A DNA stretch of 63,996 bases, the filler included, from Circinaria calcarea (Eukaryota): the NCBI GenBank assembly GCA_051942165.1. It is 5 parts of 5 records of this genome, joined end to end, with 100 filler letters (N's around TTAATTAATTAA, not from the genome) between each part and the next. Parts side by side here need not be neighbours in the genome. Positions count along the whole stretch, not along the records: positions 51,589 to 63,996 come from JAVECS010000570.1; 4 more parts are not named here. One strand, given 5' to 3'. How positions within the stretch are numbered: the stretch's first letter is position 1; each line of letters begins with the position of its first letter. The notes below the pieces were generated by a model that searched no databases, was not told where the DNA came from, and saw only the letters and a program-made list of their open reading frames with translations. A program made the position numbers and the translations under genes. Below are positions 61,586 to 63,996 of this stretch, piece after piece.

Positions 61586-63996
61586 ATGTCCGCCAGTGAG
61601 CTACTCTCGGCTCCCCAGGCATGAGGAAACTTGCTAAAATTCTACTTAGTGGTTGAGGAACCACGCTGGCCACCAAGATCCCCTTATGAAGCTCTTATCA
61701 GCTCGCCCAATGGACGAAGGAGGGCTCAGCAAGGGCAGAACCGCCTCTCACCATCGCCATCACCTCTGAAAAAACCCTCTATAACCGCCAGCGTACGACA
61801 TATGCAAAAGCGATTGGAATACGAAAATCCGGCTGAAAACGAGGACGAGGATGAGGAGACATTGCAATTGCGCCTGGCAACACTTGAAGCGCGACTTAAG
61901 CTGAAGAGGCTACAATCGAGAAAAGCGAAGGCAGATGTAGGCGTTTCCGACATCAAAAATGAAACTCAGGGTGGCAGTCGACAACCAAAACCTAAAATCT
62001 CTATTCTATCTTCGCGAAAGCCTGAACGTCAAATCAAGGAAAGCGATATAGCTAAACCGAAGCCCTATACAGAAATCCAGGTACCATTATCTCCAGAGCG
62101 CAAGCGAATTGTAACGGAGGAGCCTCGATCGCCAGGAAGGGTGTTACTGGGTATTGATAAGGGCCTAAAAGCGAAAAACGTATCACTTCGACGTCCACCT
62201 ACTCTACGACCGCACTCTGTTGTCGATGATGATCCTTTCGGCGGGGATCTCCATCAGCAAGTGCCTCGGACGGCTACAACAGACTCGCGAAGTATCAGCG
62301 GACTGCACGCTCTTGAACCTAAGAAACTGACATTCAGTGAAAGGATAGCGGAAACTAGACAGCATGACAAGGAACAAAAGGCGCAAAAGGAACGAGCCGA
62401 TCGACTTCGAAAGCAAAAGAGCAAGGGTTTTGGGGTTCAACAGCAAGAGCTTGATGAATACAGGAATGCCGTCTCGGAAGCTGAGCAGGCTCGACCTGAT
62501 GCTCAACAGAGCAGTGGTAAAATGGACAGTGGTTTTTCAAGAGATGAGGTCATGAGAGCATTCAACAAGCCTTCCGGTGGTCTCATACATAGGAGTAAAA
62601 CCGTTTCTGGTGTGCGCAACTCTCGACATCAAGAAAATCCATCTACTACAGCCTCTTCAGACTCGCACTTACGACCGAGATCATCCGAATCCTCCCACAC
62701 TACAGTCTCATCAAAATCACACCAAGACCAACCATCGTCCTCATACTCTAATCAAAACCCCCGATCCCGATCCCCCACTCCCTCAACGGACTCCTCGCTC
62801 TTCGAACCCTTCTCCTCCGTTCACCTCTCCAAGCGCATCCTCCCTGATGCCTTCCTAACCCGCACCCTCGCCTCTAAAACTCCCGTCACCATCCCCTCCC
62901 TCCTCCGCGACATCAAATCCCCAACCTACGAGCTTCCCTCCTCCCTCTGCGAATCCGACTTCGTCGTCTTTGGCGTCATCGCCTCCAAATCCTCCCCCCT
63001 AAACCACAAAGACGCTCACAAGACCAACACCGTCTCCAATGCCTCCTCCCTTACCGAAGCTGCCGAGTCCGAAGCTAACGCCAACGGCAAGTACATGGTC
63101 TTCACCATCACGGACCTCAAATGGACCCTCGACCTCTACCTTTTCACCACAGCCTACACGCGCTTCTGGAAACTTGTCCCCGGTACCGTCATTGCCATTC
63201 TGAACCCCAGCATCATGCCTCCTCCCCCAGGCCGATCCGACACGGGCCGCTTTTCCCTGACCCTCAACTCCAGCGACGATACCGTCCTCGAAATCGGTAC
63301 TGCGCGTGATCTCGGCTTTTGCAAAGCCGTACGCAAGGACGGGAAAGTGTGCTCTGCGTGGGTCGATTGTCGACACACGGCATTCTGCGAATGGCACGTC
63401 GACCGGCAGATTGAAAAATGCAGACGGGGGCGGATGGAAACGCAAGGCATGAGCGCGCCCTTTGCGCCCGGAGGAAAGAGAAACGGGCGTACGGGTATCT
63501 TCGGCGGCAGCGGGGGTGGTGGTGGGAGGAATCGCAACAAGAACAAAAAAGACGACAACGAGTCCGGCTTAACAAAAGAAGGACCGCAATACGACCGCCA
63601 AACCCAATCCCGCTACTACATCACGCCCAACCTCCTGGGCCCTGGTCCCGGCTTCGGAGCAGGGAGAAGCGCAGCGCGCCTCCTCGACGCTGACGCCGAC
63701 GCCGACGACTTCTTAGGAGGGAGAGGGAGGGGAACCGAGAGCAAAGAAGAACGCCTGCGCAAACGCCTCGCCGAGCGCGAGAAGGAGAAGGAAATCGCCC
63801 GACAACTGGGCCAAGGGGGTAAGGGGAGCGGGGCCGAGTATCTGCGCTTGAAGCACTGCGAGGCCGGGTCGGAACAGCCGGATGAGGGAAAGGCTGGTGG
63901 GGAGGGGGAGAGCGTGGATGCGGGCGCGTTGGGACTGTTGGGGAATCGGGCAAGGGATGTCAGGTTGAGTCCGTTGAAGGGGAAGCTGAAGAGGAT
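61586..63996 (+). CDS. MCM10: DNA replication factor Mcm10/Cdc23; runs off the window
   Basis: Exon 1 61586-61595, intron to 61649, then WPPRSPYEAL.SSP.GR; SPGRVLLGIDKGL; FEPFS..HLSKR; DFVVFGVIASKS; EIGTARDLGFCKAVRKDGKVC..W.D.RH..FCEWH. Absent from the ORF track because there is no stop in the window. Confidence 0.92.

Overview
Fungal genomic DNA (intron-rich Pezizomycotina, possibly a lichen-forming ascomycete; taxon is inference). The window is not contiguous. It is five roughly 12.8-kb contigs joined by artificial 100-bp linkers (44 N + TTAATTAATTAA + 44 N) in descending length order, so adjacency across linkers means nothing. Contig 1 (1-12823): partial Sulfotransfer_4-type gene, PTH11-like membrane protein, MFS transporter, decayed FAD monooxygenase, DUF6594-type gene and nested LTR remnants. 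Contig 2 (12924-25736): an unusual NLR (helical N-terminus + C2H2 zinc fingers + NB-ARC + TPR) head-to-head with a HeLo-like/DUF7580-type gene, an AsaB/CmcJ-like oxygenase and a Cys-rich protein. Contig 3 (25837-38613): housekeeping genes (Scc3-like 5' end, UreD, RPC4, Zn2Cys6 factor, B-type cyclin). Contig 4 (38714-51488): accessory region with a patatin-Zn-finger gene beside a 4-TM membrane gene, an hAT-type fold-back MITE with an 8-bp TSD, an esterase pseudogene, and an MFS fragment interrupted by a Harbinger-like element. Contig 5 (51589-end): TFIIIC Tfc6, RING-CH ligase, GH45/expansin-like protein, RNase H2B and Mcm10. The best candidate for an undescribed system is the divergent NLR / HeLo-like-pseudokinase gene pair. 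All family assignments are from motif recognition, not database searches.
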